From assembly GCA_963765675.1 (NCBI GenBank), contig CAVXXK010000001.1, positions 352,001 through 416,000 on the forward strand: a stretch of DNA of 64,000 nucleotides, given 5' to 3'. The stretch's first letter is position 1. The number at the start of each line of letters is the position of its first letter. The translations under genes were made by a program, and so were the position numbers. The notes under the pieces are model-generated. The model saw nothing but the letters and a program-made list of their open reading frames with translations, searched no databases and was not told the DNA's origin. Positions 63,187 to 64,000 of this stretch are shown piece after piece. Origin of the DNA: an uncultured delta proteobacterium. Its GTDB lineage: Bacteria > Desulfobacterota > Binatia > Binatales > Binataceae.

Positions 63187-63230
63187 TGCCTTATCCGGGC
63201 TCCCGATCGTTATTCCAAGCTCGATGACTA

Positions 63231-63260
63231 TTGACTGAATGAATCATTCAGTTATAGATT
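63231..63260 (+). promoter_or_regulatory. Promoter with overlapping palindromic operator, probably the TetR site
   Basis: TTGACT -35; perfect inverted repeat ACTGAATG-aat-CATTCAGT (63234-63252); TATAGA or TAGATT -10. Confidence 0.7.
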
Positions 63261-63278
63261 TGGCCGTGAGAAGAAAAC

Positions 63279-64000
63279 ATGGCCAGAACCAAACCCGCCG
63301 ATCGCATCCCGAGCCTCATCAACGCCGCGATCCGCGTGTTCGCGACGAAGGGCTTTAGGCGCGCGCAGATGGCCGACATCGCGCGCGCGATGGGCGTGTC
63401 CCCAGGTTTGCTCTACAACTACGTCGAGAGCAAAGAGGCGCTTTTCTACCTCGTTATCGATCGCGGTTTCAGCCGCCGGCCTTCCGGGGAGCCACCGACC
63501 TTTCCCGTGCGCACTCCTGCGCCCGGCGCGCTCGTCAAACTGATTGCCGAACGCTTCCGGCAAGAAGCCGGGGCTCCTACACTCTTGGCCGCGCTCAAGC
63601 GCATACGCGCCGAGAACCCATCTATCGAACTTGAAAGTATCGTGCGCGAGCTTTATTCGAACATGTATCGCACCGCGCATGTGACCGCGATGCTCGATCG
63701 TTCCGCGCTCGACCTGCCCGAACTCGCGGAGCTCTATTTTGGCAGGATGGTTGGCGGGGTCGTCGCCGCACTCACCCACCTTATCGAATCGCGCGTCGAG
63801 GCGGGTCAGTACCGGCCGGTTCCGCATCCCGCCGTCGCCGCACGGCTTGTTGTCGAGACTATTGCATGGTTCGCCCGAAACCGCCGCGGCGATCGCGCGT
63901 CGCACATCGACGATGAGGCCGCCGAAGAAACGACCGTTGATTTTATCGTGAACTCGCTGGTCGCAACACGCAGCCGGCCGAGTCTCGCGAGGCCCCCGAA
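63279..64000 (+). CDS. TetR/AcrR-family regulator (runs off the window; absent from ORF track)
   Basis: Manual translation MARTKPADRIPSLINAAIRVFATKGFRRAQMADIARAMGVSPGLLYNYVESKEALF shows a TetR helix-turn-helix. Confidence 0.88.
   Translation, partial: MARTKPADRIPSLINAAIRVFATKGFRRAQMADIARAMGVSPGLLYNYVESKEALFYLVIDRGFSRRPSGEPPTFPVRTPAPGALVKLIAERFRQEAGAPTLLAALKRIRAENPSIELESIVRELYSNMYRTAHVTAMLDRSALDLPELAELYFGRMVGGVVAALTHLIESRVEAGQYRPVPHPAVAARLVVETIAWFARNRRGDRASHIDDEAAEETTVDFIVNSLVATRSRPSLARPP

Overview
A GC-rich bacterial chromosomal segment with no phage, CRISPR array, rRNA or tRNA visible. Gene content and order (dprA-topA..trmFO; xerC-hslVU-argBDFGH-lipoprotein-lysA-dapF-dapA; tandem DUF1329-type and GT-C-type paralogs; LLM oxidoreductase; Zn-ADH pair) suggest a Deltaproteobacteria-like lineage such as Candidatus Binatia. 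That assignment is inference. The most striking locus is glmU - class A beta-lactamase - sigma70 promoter - complete glmS ribozyme (42620-42766) - glmS. The ribozyme looks canonical, but the GlmS isomerase domain it controls has several substitutions at normally conserved sugar-binding positions (CGTS->EGAS, VAST->VTTT, GE[LM]KH->GFMKH). Other notable items are a translationally coupled BNR beta-propeller plus ubiquitin-like (MoaD/ThiS, C-terminal GG) pair, three tandem DUF1329-type genes each with a related terminator, tandem GT-C-like membrane proteins, a probable inversion of the xerC-arg-dap block, a family-B DNA polymerase, an rpoD without dnaG, and two families of REP-like palindromic repeats. 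Single-base frameshifts in argH, glmS, polB and one DUF1329 copy, and several in macAB, are most simply sequencing or assembly errors. Starts were adjusted by eye from the ORF track, and family assignments come from motif recognition, not database searches.
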